A stretch of DNA of 64,000 nt from an uncultured Rikenellaceae bacterium (GTDB lineage: Bacteria; Bacteroidota; Bacteroidia; Bacteroidales; VadinHA17). A program made the position numbers and the translations under genes. Location of the stretch: NCBI GenBank assembly GCA_964638955.1, contig CAZWZQ010000012.1:2093-66092 (forward strand), written 5' to 3'. The notes under the pieces were generated by a model that searched no databases, was not told the DNA's origin, and worked only from the letters and a program-made list of their open reading frames with translations. Positions 19,193 through 27,336 of this stretch are shown piece by piece. Every line of letters starts with the position of its first letter. Position 1 is the stretch's first letter.

Positions 19193-21091
19193 TTATATCA
19201 TAATGAGCAACATAATAATCAATCCGGCACAGACCCAGATAATATAGCCCGGCAATACCCCTGTATGAGCCTCACTGAACAGGTGGCTCACCCAGAGTAC
19301 AAACTTTTTTGACAGGTCATAAATATCAAACCACTTCTCTTCAGCTTTTTTATATATCCATGAAAAGAACCTGAATTCTCCTATAGTCTTATAAAATTCG
19401 GATGTGGTGTAACTTGTCCGTTCCTGGAATTTCTCCCCGCCGATAAAGCTGTCCTCCCTTCTGAATTTCTTAAGATTAAGAGCAAGGTAAAGGATAATTC
19501 CGAGGATCAATGATATAATTACAAGGAATGATACAAGTGATGAGTTCCAGAATCCCATAAACTGAAATTCACCTGTCACGGGCATTATTAATTTTGGCAC
19601 GATGTAATTTGTGGCAAAAATACCGAAGCCGATACATGACAGTGCAAGTACAACCAGGGGTGTCCACATTAAAAAGGGAACTTCGCGTACATTCTCAAGA
19701 GAAGCTTTACGGCGGCCCAGAAATATGCCACCGATGAACTTGATAAGGCTTGCCAGGGTCATAGCTGATCCCAGTACAGCCAGGCCAAGCCATATTACCC
19801 AGAGTTTATTTGCAATGTCCGGCCCGGAGCCAAAATCAATTATTCCCTGGTAGATCATCCATTTTGAAGCGAATCCGTTAAATGGCGGCACACCGGAGAT
19901 TGACATAGCAAAAATAATAGCTGCAAAGAATGTTACAGGCATAACTTTCGAAAGGCCGCCGAGCTCATCGAAATTTTCTTCGTTTGTTCTGTGTTCTACA
20001 CAGCCGGCGGAAAGAAACAGTCCGCTTTTGTAAAGAGCATTGTTGATCATGTGAAAAAGACCGGCAGCAATACCAATAATTGAACCGAGCCCGAATCCAA
20101 GTATCATATATCCTACCTGAGATACCGTACTGAATCCCAACAGGCGTTTGTAATTATTCTGGACAAGCGCCATCATACCTGCACCGATAATTGTTATTAC
20201 TCCTGTTATCAGTAACAGCAATCTCATCCATTCATTAAGGATAAAGATATCCATGGTTATCCTTGCCAGAAAATATATTCCAAGCAATTTATCAAGTGAA
20301 GCAGGCAGCAGGGCAGAAGAAGAAGCCGGAGCATCCTTTGTGTAATCCGGAACCCAGGAATGAAAAGGGAAAGCGCCCGCCTTTGTGAAGCTTCCGACAA
20401 GAAGCGCAAGGAATGCAGTTACGACAAGGATATTGGTTGTGGGCAAACTGATAGAATCCATGCTGAGAGAACCGGTCAGCCTCCATAACATTGCAATTCC
20501 GATTATCATTATTGAGTCTGATGCTCCTATGAGAATAAGAGTTTTTTTTGCTGTGGCCGAGCTCTCTTCATCACGGCCCGGTATCAGTTTGTAAAGGGTA
20601 ATTCCGAGTATTCCCCAGAAGGTGAGAAATAAAATAAGATTATCAGCCAATACAGCACCATAAGAACAACCAATCGTGATAAGAAACCAGGGGTAGTAAT
20701 TTTTTGCTCTGCCGCCCTTTATATATACGAGTGAATATAATAATATAAGAACTGCGAAAATGCTGATAGACAATGTTATGAGCTTACTGATATTATCAAT
20801 TGTGAAGGTAAAGTATTTTTCAGCACCCTGCAGCAGGTTTGAACCAAACAACATTGTACACGATTTTCCGATCATTCCATCAAGTACTACCATCTGGGCC
20901 GATGTAGTGAAAAGTGAAAGAGTCATGAATCCGGTCACCAGGCTTATCAGAAGGGCAAATATCCCCTTGGCTGTTATGAACTTATCAGGAATCAGAAACA
21001 GGAGAACTCCTGCAGCAAGAGGCACAAGTATCAGAAATTGCAGAAAACCGCAAATAGATGGCTGTGATATTATGGATATAAACTCATTCAT
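19193..21091 (-). CDS. MrpA/NuoL/HyfB-like antiporter-type membrane subunit
   Basis: TKAGAFPFHSWVPD, YKRLLGFSTVSQVG, SGVPPFNGFASKW; about 16-17 hydrophobic segments. Confidence 0.88.
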   Translation of the reverse strand: MNEFISIISQPSICGFLQFLILVPLAAGVLLFLIPDKFITAKGIFALLISLVTGFMTLSLFTTSAQMVVLDGMIGKSCTMLFGSNLLQGAEKYFTFTIDNISKLITLSISIFAVLILLYSLVYIKGGRAKNYYPWFLITIGCSYGAVLADNLILFLTFWGILGITLYKLIPGRDEESSATAKKTLILIGASDSIMIIGIAMLWRLTGSLSMDSISLPTTNILVVTAFLALLVGSFTKAGAFPFHSWVPDYTKDAPASSSALLPASLDKLLGIYFLARITMDIFILNEWMRLLLLITGVITIIGAGMMALVQNNYKRLLGFSTVSQVGYMILGFGLGSIIGIAAGLFHMINNALYKSGLFLSAGCVEHRTNEENFDELGGLSKVMPVTFFAAIIFAMSISGVPPFNGFASKWMIYQGIIDFGSGPDIANKLWVIWLGLAVLGSAMTLASLIKFIGGIFLGRRKASLENVREVPFLMWTPLVVLALSCIGFGIFATNYIVPKLIMPVTGEFQFMGFWNSSLVSFLVIISLILGIILYLALNLKKFRREDSFIGGEKFQERTSYTTSEFYKTIGEFRFFSWIYKKAEEKWFDIYDLSKKFVLWVSHLFSEAHTGVLPGYIIWVCAGLIIMLLIMI

Positions 21092-22293
21092 TTCTGCCGG
21101 ATAAGGTTTTTCTTGAGTTCAGATGTTTTATCTGATGATATATTAATGAGGTCATTTGCACTCCAGATCTTCCTGCCCGATTTATGATCATAGGCAACAG
21201 CCATACGCTCGGTACAGCAATAGCATGGATCGACAGCTGCAAGTGAAATTGTAGCATCTGAAATTGTTTGTCCGATACATGATTTTTTAAATGTTGCAAT
21301 ATTGACGTAACTGGGAGCCCTTATTTTATGTCTTACCGGTGAGTTTGACCCGTCTGAGACTACAAAGTGAAATACTTCACCCCTGGGAGCCTCAGCACGT
21401 CCTGTTCCGGAACCTTCAGGTATCTCTTTTACAACGATGTTTATATCACCCTCCTTTGTTTTTTCTAGTCCATTCAGACACTGGTCAATGATGGATATTG
21501 ATTCATACATTTCCAGTAATCTGACCTCAGCTTTAGCGAATACATCACCCTCTTCAGCTGTGATCACCTTCCAGTCTACAAGCGGGTAAGCAGCATAGGG
21601 GTCATCCTTTCTAATATCAATTGCCACACCTGAAGCCCGTGCTGTGGGACCTACAGCAGCATAATCAATAATGTCCTGTTTCGTAAGAATGCCTACGCCT
21701 TTGGTCCTTGCATGTATTACAGGATCATCCATCACAGCTCCTGTGAGGATATCATTTTTCTTTTTGAACTCGTAGATAGTTTTTCTTATGGCAGGTATCT
21801 TACTGTTCTCAATATCGCGACGAACTCCTCCGACCCTGAACATGGCATAGCTGTTCCTGTTCCCGGTGATCATTTCAAAAAGATCAAGAATGGGTTCACG
21901 GTATTTCCATGCCCACATAAATACCGTGTTGTATCCCAGAAAATGTCCGGCAAGACCAACCCAGAGAAGATGACTGTGAATACGTTCAAGTTCACCGATG
22001 ATCGACCTGATATATTTTGCCCTGTCAGTGATCTCCTTTCCCACAATCTCCTCAACAGCATTGGCAAAAGCAAAGGGATGTGAGGTTGAACATATGCCGC
22101 AAATACGTTCCACAAGAAAGAATACCTGCTCATAGGTCTTCGATTCACTCAACTTTTCAATGCCCCTGTGATTATAGCCTGTTTCCCATTTAATATCCCT
22201 TACTATCTCTCCGTCGCAGTAGAGCTTGAATAACTCAGGTTCCTCCTGCAGCGGGTGATAGGGTCCGATTGGTATGAGTGTATGTTTGCTCAT
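21088..22293 (-). CDS. Group 4 [NiFe]-hydrogenase large subunit
   Basis: L1 ERICGICSTSH, L2 DPCYCCTER followed by a C-terminal extension, GYNHRGIEK, EAPRGE. Confidence 0.92.
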   Translation of the reverse strand: MSKHTLIPIGPYHPLQEEPELFKLYCDGEIVRDIKWETGYNHRGIEKLSESKTYEQVFFLVERICGICSTSHPFAFANAVEEIVGKEITDRAKYIRSIIGELERIHSHLLWVGLAGHFLGYNTVFMWAWKYREPILDLFEMITGNRNSYAMFRVGGVRRDIENSKIPAIRKTIYEFKKKNDILTGAVMDDPVIHARTKGVGILTKQDIIDYAAVGPTARASGVAIDIRKDDPYAAYPLVDWKVITAEEGDVFAKAEVRLLEMYESISIIDQCLNGLEKTKEGDINIVVKEIPEGSGTGRAEAPRGEVFHFVVSDGSNSPVRHKIRAPSYVNIATFKKSCIGQTISDATISLAAVDPCYCCTERMAVAYDHKSGRKIWSANDLINISSDKTSELKKNLIRQK

Positions 22294-22308
22294 CTTCTGC
22301 TCAGGTTA

Positions 22309-22746
22309 TTATTTAAATTCTTTCCTGTATGGATAAACACCTTCTGCCCAGTTGCCTTCTGATAGCAGTTTCTCCAGGTTGGGGTGATTGATAAAGTTGA
22401 TACCAAATAATTCATGCATTTCCCTCTCAATCCAGTTGGAGGCATTGAACATATTTGAAAGTGATTCAATCTGAGGATTCTCCTTGTCGAGTATAACATG
22501 AATATTCAGTATCAACTCTGTTTTATCCAGACTGAAATGATAATGTATTTCAAATCCATGTTTTGTATGTAATGCTGAAGCAATTATAAATCTGAATCCG
22601 GCTGTTTTGTACATGTACTCTGCAGCCTTCAGGATAATATCCGGTTTTACAGAGATAGTTGCACGTTTCTCACTTTTTTTGATAACCTCAATTATATCGG
22701 AATCAAAGTTCTCCTTAAAATTTTTTATGACCAGATCTGTATCCAT
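22309..22746 (-). CDS. NuoC-like (MbhK-like) hydrogenase subunit
   Basis: ASNWIEREMHELFGINFINHP. Confidence 0.88.
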   Translation of the reverse strand: MDTDLVIKNFKENFDSDIIEVIKKSEKRATISVKPDIILKAAEYMYKTAGFRFIIASALHTKHGFEIHYHFSLDKTELILNIHVILDKENPQIESLSNMFNASNWIEREMHELFGINFINHPNLEKLLSEGNWAEGVYPYRKEFK

Positions 22747-22805
22747 CTATTATAGTATCATCTCATTACTTTTTTCTTATCTTTTTTCATTTCGCCGTTC
22801 GCCGT

Positions 22806-23216
22806 TTATTTATTCACAAGTTTCACAATTCCCGCAATTATTGCTTCAGGTTTTGGAGGACATCCCGGGATATATGCATCAACCGGTATTATTTTATCTA
22901 CCGGGCCTGCAAATGGAATACCCTCAGCAAAGATACCTCCTGTACATCCACAAGCCCCTATAGCAACTACGAGCACAGGCTTGGGAGCCTGATTATAAAT
23001 CTCCAGAAGTCTCTCTTTATCCCGCTTATTAATTGATCCGTTCACCAGTAATACATCTGCATGGCGTATGCTTCCAACAAGAAGAATCCCGAACCGTTCC
23101 AGATCGTGTCTTGGTGTAAGACAGTCAAGTATCTCAATGTCACAGTTATTGCAGGATGCTCCACCGAAGTGGAAGACCCAGAGAGATTTTTTGAAGCAAT
23201 AATTCTTAAAACCCAC
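22806..23216 (-). CDS. Group 4 hydrogenase small subunit (MbhJ/HycG/NuoB-like), GTG start
   Basis: SCNNCDIE, RHADVLLV, GACGCTGG, IPGCPPKP. Confidence 0.92.
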   Translation of the reverse strand: MGFKNYCFKKSLWVFHFGGASCNNCDIEILDCLTPRHDLERFGILLVGSIRHADVLLVNGSINKRDKERLLEIYNQAPKPVLVVAIGACGCTGGIFAEGIPFAGPVDKIIPVDAYIPGCPPKPEAIIAGIVKLVNK

Positions 23217-23230
23217 AATTAATATATTTA

Positions 23231-23329
23231 GAGTGTGTAATAGGACTTCCTATATAGCACTCATTCATAATTAAATTATTTTAATCTATATGTTTAATAA
23301 AACTCATATCTCGTATTTATTACACACTC
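23231..23329. mobile_element. 99-bp MITE-like element with 12-bp terminal inverted repeats and a TTA target duplication
   Basis: TTA|GAGTGTGTAATA ...75 bp AT-rich... TATTACACACTC|TTA. GAG ends with a 3-bp TWA duplication match IS5-family IS1031-group rules. Confidence 0.75.
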
Positions 23330-24262
23330 TTAATAGCCAAATGCAATCAATATCAAAGCAATAACAGCAAGCAGGTTCATCCAGATCATAAAGAAGCTGA
23401 TGGCCTGCTTTATCTTAATCCTGGGATTGGTATTTCTTATCAGGGTAAGAATAAGCACCACCAGGAGAACTTTTAGCACCGCCCATAAAATATTTATCCC
23501 TTCCAGTCTGAATCCATTCATTAACAGGGCAATCAGAAAAGCAGGAAGAATGAAGAGCATGATATATTTTGCAAGCTTGATCAATGCATAAGCCGACCCG
23601 GAATATTCAATAAAGATACCTTCGGTTATTTCAGCTTCAGCTTCCGGTATGTCGAACGGAACGAGCGCCAGTTTTGCCTGGATACAGAATATTCCTACAA
23701 TAAATAATAATACACCCGAGATACTACCGATAAAGGGTGTGCCAGCTTGCTGGGTCTGTATAATAGTGTAAAGATCAAACTGTTGCCCGCATTTCATAAT
23801 GATACCGGCTATGACAAGAAGGAACGTGAGCTCGTAGCTGAGAATCAATTTCATTTCTCTTGAGCCTCCAACGGCTGCGAGAGGATTGCCCGAGGCCAGA
23901 GAGCCCATGATGTATGAGAATGAAGGTATAGTAAGCAGGTAGAAAATTACAATGAGATCACCTTTGAATCCGGTAGTGATATTAAACAGGGGCAGGAGAA
24001 TAAAGACTCCGGCCATTACAGCACCGAAAACAGCGAAAACAGGTGCAAGAAGGAACATAAGGGGAGAACCATGCTTTGGAAGGATAGTCTCCTTTACCAG
24101 CAGTAATTTGAAGAAATCGTAAAAGGGTTGTAATATAGGTGGTCCTTTGCGGAACTGCACCCTGGCAGTAATTTTCCTGTCGAACCATGATAGAAAAGCA
24201 CCAGTTACTGCTACAAAAAGCAGCCCGGGAAAGATAAAGAAATAAAACAGGTAATCTGCCAT
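23330..24262 (-). CDS. NuoH/HycD/MbhM-like membrane anchor
   Basis: DRKITARVQFRKGPP, QPFYDFFKLL, PFDIPEAEAEI, EYSG. Confidence 0.92.
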   Translation of the reverse strand: MADYLFYFFIFPGLLFVAVTGAFLSWFDRKITARVQFRKGPPILQPFYDFFKLLLVKETILPKHGSPLMFLLAPVFAVFGAVMAGVFILLPLFNITTGFKGDLIVIFYLLTIPSFSYIMGSLASGNPLAAVGGSREMKLILSYELTFLLVIAGIIMKCGQQFDLYTIIQTQQAGTPFIGSISGVLLFIVGIFCIQAKLALVPFDIPEAEAEITEGIFIEYSGSAYALIKLAKYIMLFILPAFLIALLMNGFRLEGINILWAVLKVLLVVLILTLIRNTNPRIKIKQAISFFMIWMNLLAVIALILIAFGY

Positions 24263-24263
24263 A

Positions 24264-24761
24264 TTACATGTTTTCAGTGATATATAAATATTCTTTTACA
24301 AGCACTCTGTCGTTCAGGCTGTAAATATTTTTTTCAGGCGACTCATCCTCATCAGTAAGGGTAACTATTCCCGGAGGACATGCTTCAATGAACTTTCTCA
24401 ATTCGTTTTCATCCGTAAGATCATAAAACATGTCTTTGTTCCTTTGATGTTTGAAGAAGTCAGTCATCATGGTTCCGAAAGGGCAGATTGCAACACACGA
24501 TTTACAGGATACGCAAAGGTTGGTATGACGGTTTATCACTCCTTCCTCATCCTTTTCGAGAGCATCTGCCGGGCAAACAGCTATACAGGGCGCATCTTCA
24601 CATTTCCTGCATGTAAACCTGAATATTGCCAGCTCACGGATACTCTTCAACCCATTCGAATTTACTGATGGATAAAACATTGCCTCCGGTAGAGCAATAT
24701 TTGAATCTTCAACCATTGCAGCCCTGAGTTTTATCATATCTATCAATATCTTCTGTCCCAT
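24264..24761 (-). CDS. [4Fe-4S] ferredoxin-like electron-transfer subunit (HycB/HydN-like)
   Basis: CRKCEDAPCIAVCP and CVSCKSCVAICPFG. Confidence 0.85.
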   Translation of the reverse strand: MGQKILIDMIKLRAAMVEDSNIALPEAMFYPSVNSNGLKSIRELAIFRFTCRKCEDAPCIAVCPADALEKDEEGVINRHTNLCVSCKSCVAICPFGTMMTDFFKHQRNKDMFYDLTDENELRKFIEACPPGIVTLTDEDESPEKNIYSLNDRVLVKEYLYITENM

Positions 24762-24805
24762 GACTCTGTATAAACAAAATATATAGTTGCCCTGTGTGTT
24801 TTGCC

Positions 24806-25261
24806 TTATAACATCAGCTGGTTCATCAGCTGGAATCTTGTGTCGCTAAGTCTTTGAGATATTGTCTGAGCAATTTTTGACATAGTTTTAAAACCAAAAT
24901 TGCAGTCTTTGATAAATTCTTCGTTAAGCTTAGCTGAATCCATAACCATAACCTTTGCTGGTGTAACTGCCATTACCCATGCTGTTGAAATGTGCGGTTT
25001 GAAGATAGCTGACCATGAAAAGAGTTGTCCCTCCTCAACGGTTCCGAGATGTATTCTTTTTTCTGATGGCAGACTTATGCCAAGTGAAAGAGTTCCTTTA
25101 AGAAGAACTGAAATATAGTTAAGTTCATCATATTGTTCAAAAAGCATCTCTTTTACTTTATACTCTCTCACCGAACTGGTCGATATGATTGTTTGCAGCT
25201 GCTTATCAGTATAGCTGTCAAAAAACCTTATATTCTTAAGATCATTAATAGTTATTTTCAT
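24806..25261 (-). CDS. Stand-alone cyclic-nucleotide-binding-domain protein (no HTH)
   Basis: LFEQYD, ISVLLKGTL, GQLFSWSAI, STAWVMA beta-roll pattern; 151 aa, ends before any DNA-binding domain. Confidence 0.8.
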   Translation of the reverse strand: MKITINDLKNIRFFDSYTDKQLQTIISTSSVREYKVKEMLFEQYDELNYISVLLKGTLSLGISLPSEKRIHLGTVEEGQLFSWSAIFKPHISTAWVMAVTPAKVMVMDSAKLNEEFIKDCNFGFKTMSKIAQTISQRLSDTRFQLMNQLML

Positions 25262-25310
25262 CGTTTATTTCATGGTTGATTAAATAAATCAAATTACCAA
25301 GATATCCCTT

Positions 25311-26135
25311 TTATTTCCAGATATCCGGTGTATTCTTCAATTCGCTGTAAGTAAATACCGGTCCATCCTTACATACAAAATATTCACCCAACATGCAATG
25401 TCCGCATTTTCCAAGGCCGCATGACATATTCCTTTCCATTGAAAGATAAATCTGGTGGTCATCGTATCCCATTTCAAGTAGTCTTAAAGTACCAAATTTC
25501 ATCATAATGGGCGGACCGCAAACAACAGTCACTGATTCTTTTATATTGATATCTATCTTATTCAGCAGGCTTGTTACTACACCCACTGATTCATTCCATT
25601 CTTCGTCAGGCTTATCTACTGTTCTGTGTGTTTCAAATTTCTCAATCTTATTAAGTCTTGAGAAGAGAGGTTTGTAAACACAGTCCGAGGGTGTTTTTGC
25701 CCCGTAGCATAATATGACTCTTTTAAGTTTGTCGGTGATACTTTCCAGTGTATAAAGAAGTGACCTTATCGGGGCCAGGCCACAACCGCCGCCAAGGATG
25801 AGAACCTCTTTCCCGTGGAATTTCTCTACAGGATATCCCCTGCCATAAGGTCCCCTTATACCCATGAATGAACCCGGTTCCAATGCATGCATATATTCTG
25901 TTACATACCCTGTTTTCATTACCGTTACTTCAATCTGATCTTTCACCAGGGGTGATGATGAGGGTGTAAAAGGTGCTTCACCTATGCCATCAACTGATAG
26001 TTCTATAAATTGTCCTGTCTTAAATGAAAACTCTTCTTCAGGTTCAAGCACAAATGTTTTTATTACCGGCGATTCGGCAATCACTTCGGTTAATTTAGCT
26101 CTTATGGGTTTATATATATTATTATTGTGTCCCAT
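25311..26135 (-). CDS. FAD/NAD(P)-binding [2Fe-2S] subunit, AsrB / sulfhydrogenase-gamma / PyrK family
   Basis: GQFIEL, RGPYG, GGGCGLAP, CGPPIMM, CGLGKCGHC...C. Confidence 0.9.
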   Translation of the reverse strand: MGHNNNIYKPIRAKLTEVIAESPVIKTFVLEPEEEFSFKTGQFIELSVDGIGEAPFTPSSSPLVKDQIEVTVMKTGYVTEYMHALEPGSFMGIRGPYGRGYPVEKFHGKEVLILGGGCGLAPIRSLLYTLESITDKLKRVILCYGAKTPSDCVYKPLFSRLNKIEKFETHRTVDKPDEEWNESVGVVTSLLNKIDINIKESVTVVCGPPIMMKFGTLRLLEMGYDDHQIYLSMERNMSCGLGKCGHCMLGEYFVCKDGPVFTYSELKNTPDIWK

Positions 26136-26143
26136 TCATTTTA

Positions 26144-27133
26144 TCATGAGAGTTCCATGAAAAGTTCATTTTTATTTATCTTTCCGATACAGGCTTCGAT
26201 ACATCTTCCGCATCCTGTGCATGCAAGAGAATTGAATTTCAGTGGTTTCCATACATACTTGCACATATATCTGTTCCTGAAGCGGTCGGGAAGTTCAAAA
26301 AGAGCATCTTCGCCACCGGCCACTTTTTCAAAGCCCGGATACTGACAGGCATCCAGCAGCTTAACCTTTTCAAAACCGGGCTTATCGATAAGCAGAAAAC
26401 ATGTACATGTGGGGCATATAGTCGCACAGGCTCCACATGAAACACAGCGTTTTGAATATTTTTCCCATATTTCCCTGCTTGCCCCGACAACAATCTTACC
26501 TGTCTTTTCATAATCGGGCAAACCTTTATTTGATTCAGTAAGAAGAGCCTCAGTTGTTTGATGTTCTTTTTCTATTGTATCAAGAATATTCTTGTCATCA
26601 CATGTTGTAACTTCAGGTATTGTTTTCAGGAAATCTTCTCCTTTCTTAGTTACTATCCTGAAAATTATTTTCCCATTTAGATTTATGATAGCCAGATCAC
26701 ATTTATTAACTGAATATGGCTTTATATTATATGATAGACAATGACAATGGTCCAGTATACCAAAGCAATCGGAGGATATAAGCAGGGTGTTCTCTCTTCT
26801 TTTTTTATAGAAGGTATCAGTGAAATCTTTGTCCAGATATATCTCATCAAGAATTGATAATCCTTCAATATCACAATTAGGGGCACCGATAATGATCCAG
26901 GGTCTGATGTCGGTTTTTTCTGCAGATACATTTTCCTTGACAGGAAGGAAAATGCTTTTCAACGATGTGGCAGGTTTAGGTTTATTATATGTTATTCTTG
27001 CTATGTCAGCCGACTTTATCAACTCATAATCCTGGCCAAAATCATTACTGACAGTTGCAAAAATGGTATGGGACGACAATAATCTTTCAATGGCCTTGTC
27101 CCACTTTTCCTTTCCTATGCTTTTGTACTGCAT
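26144..27133 (-). CDS. [4Fe-4S] subunit, AsrA / sulfhydrogenase-beta family
   Basis: PNCD, CVSCGACATICPTCTC, RFRNRYMCK, CTGCGRCIEAC. Confidence 0.88.
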   Translation of the reverse strand: MQYKSIGKEKWDKAIERLLSSHTIFATVSNDFGQDYELIKSADIARITYNKPKPATSLKSIFLPVKENVSAEKTDIRPWIIIGAPNCDIEGLSILDEIYLDKDFTDTFYKKRRENTLLISSDCFGILDHCHCLSYNIKPYSVNKCDLAIINLNGKIIFRIVTKKGEDFLKTIPEVTTCDDKNILDTIEKEHQTTEALLTESNKGLPDYEKTGKIVVGASREIWEKYSKRCVSCGACATICPTCTCFLLIDKPGFEKVKLLDACQYPGFEKVAGGEDALFELPDRFRNRYMCKYVWKPLKFNSLACTGCGRCIEACIGKINKNELFMELS

Positions 27134-27134
27134 T

Positions 27135-27154
27135 TATGTGAGAGGATTCACATA
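27135..27154. promoter_or_regulatory. Rex-like operator just upstream of the hydrogenase operon start codon
   Basis: TATGTGA-GAGGAT-TCACATA palindrome (TGTGA-N6-TCACA core). Confidence 0.65.
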
Positions 27155-27205
27155 TAAAAGTATAATCTACTTATCAAAAAATCAATAGTCCTCAACCTGT
27201 TTTTA

Positions 27206-27223
27206 ACATGATAAAAATCATGT
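27206..27223. promoter_or_regulatory. Palindrome, candidate Crp/Fnr-family site
   Basis: ACATGAT-AAAA-ATCATGT, perfect 7-4-7. Confidence 0.4.
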
Positions 27224-27318
27224 ATTTTATAAGTGTCAATATATCAATAATATAGTATCGTATTTATTTTTCAGAAAGTTTTAACTAACTTGCAAGAATA
27301 ACAAATAACACTCATTTG

Positions 27319-27336
27319 TTGTGAAACAATTCACAA
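27319..27336. promoter_or_regulatory. Perfect Rex operator overlapping the rex start codon
   Basis: TTGTGAA-ACAA-TTCACAA equals the established consensus TTGTGAA-N4-TTCACAA. Confidence 0.88.

Noticed and set aside
14119-24262. Respiratory complex I (nuo) operon
   Set aside because: The NuoD-like subunit keeps both Ni-binding CxxC motifs and comes with a protease and hyp genes, so it is a hydrogenase.
24806-25261. Crp regulator for the TGTGA-N6-TCACA sites
   Set aside because: The protein lacks an HTH, and the adjacent Rex matches the longer consensus exactly.
25294-25326. Short duplication of the AsrB-like 3' end (TTACCAAGATATCC vs TTCCAGATATCC) as a target-site duplication of the cNMP gene
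   Set aside because: There is no matching copy on the other side of the cNMP gene, and the repeat is short and imperfect.
25311-27133. Anaerobic sulfite reductase AsrABC
   Set aside because: No siroheme-binding AsrC is adjacent or in the window; the pair is embedded in a hydrogenase operon.
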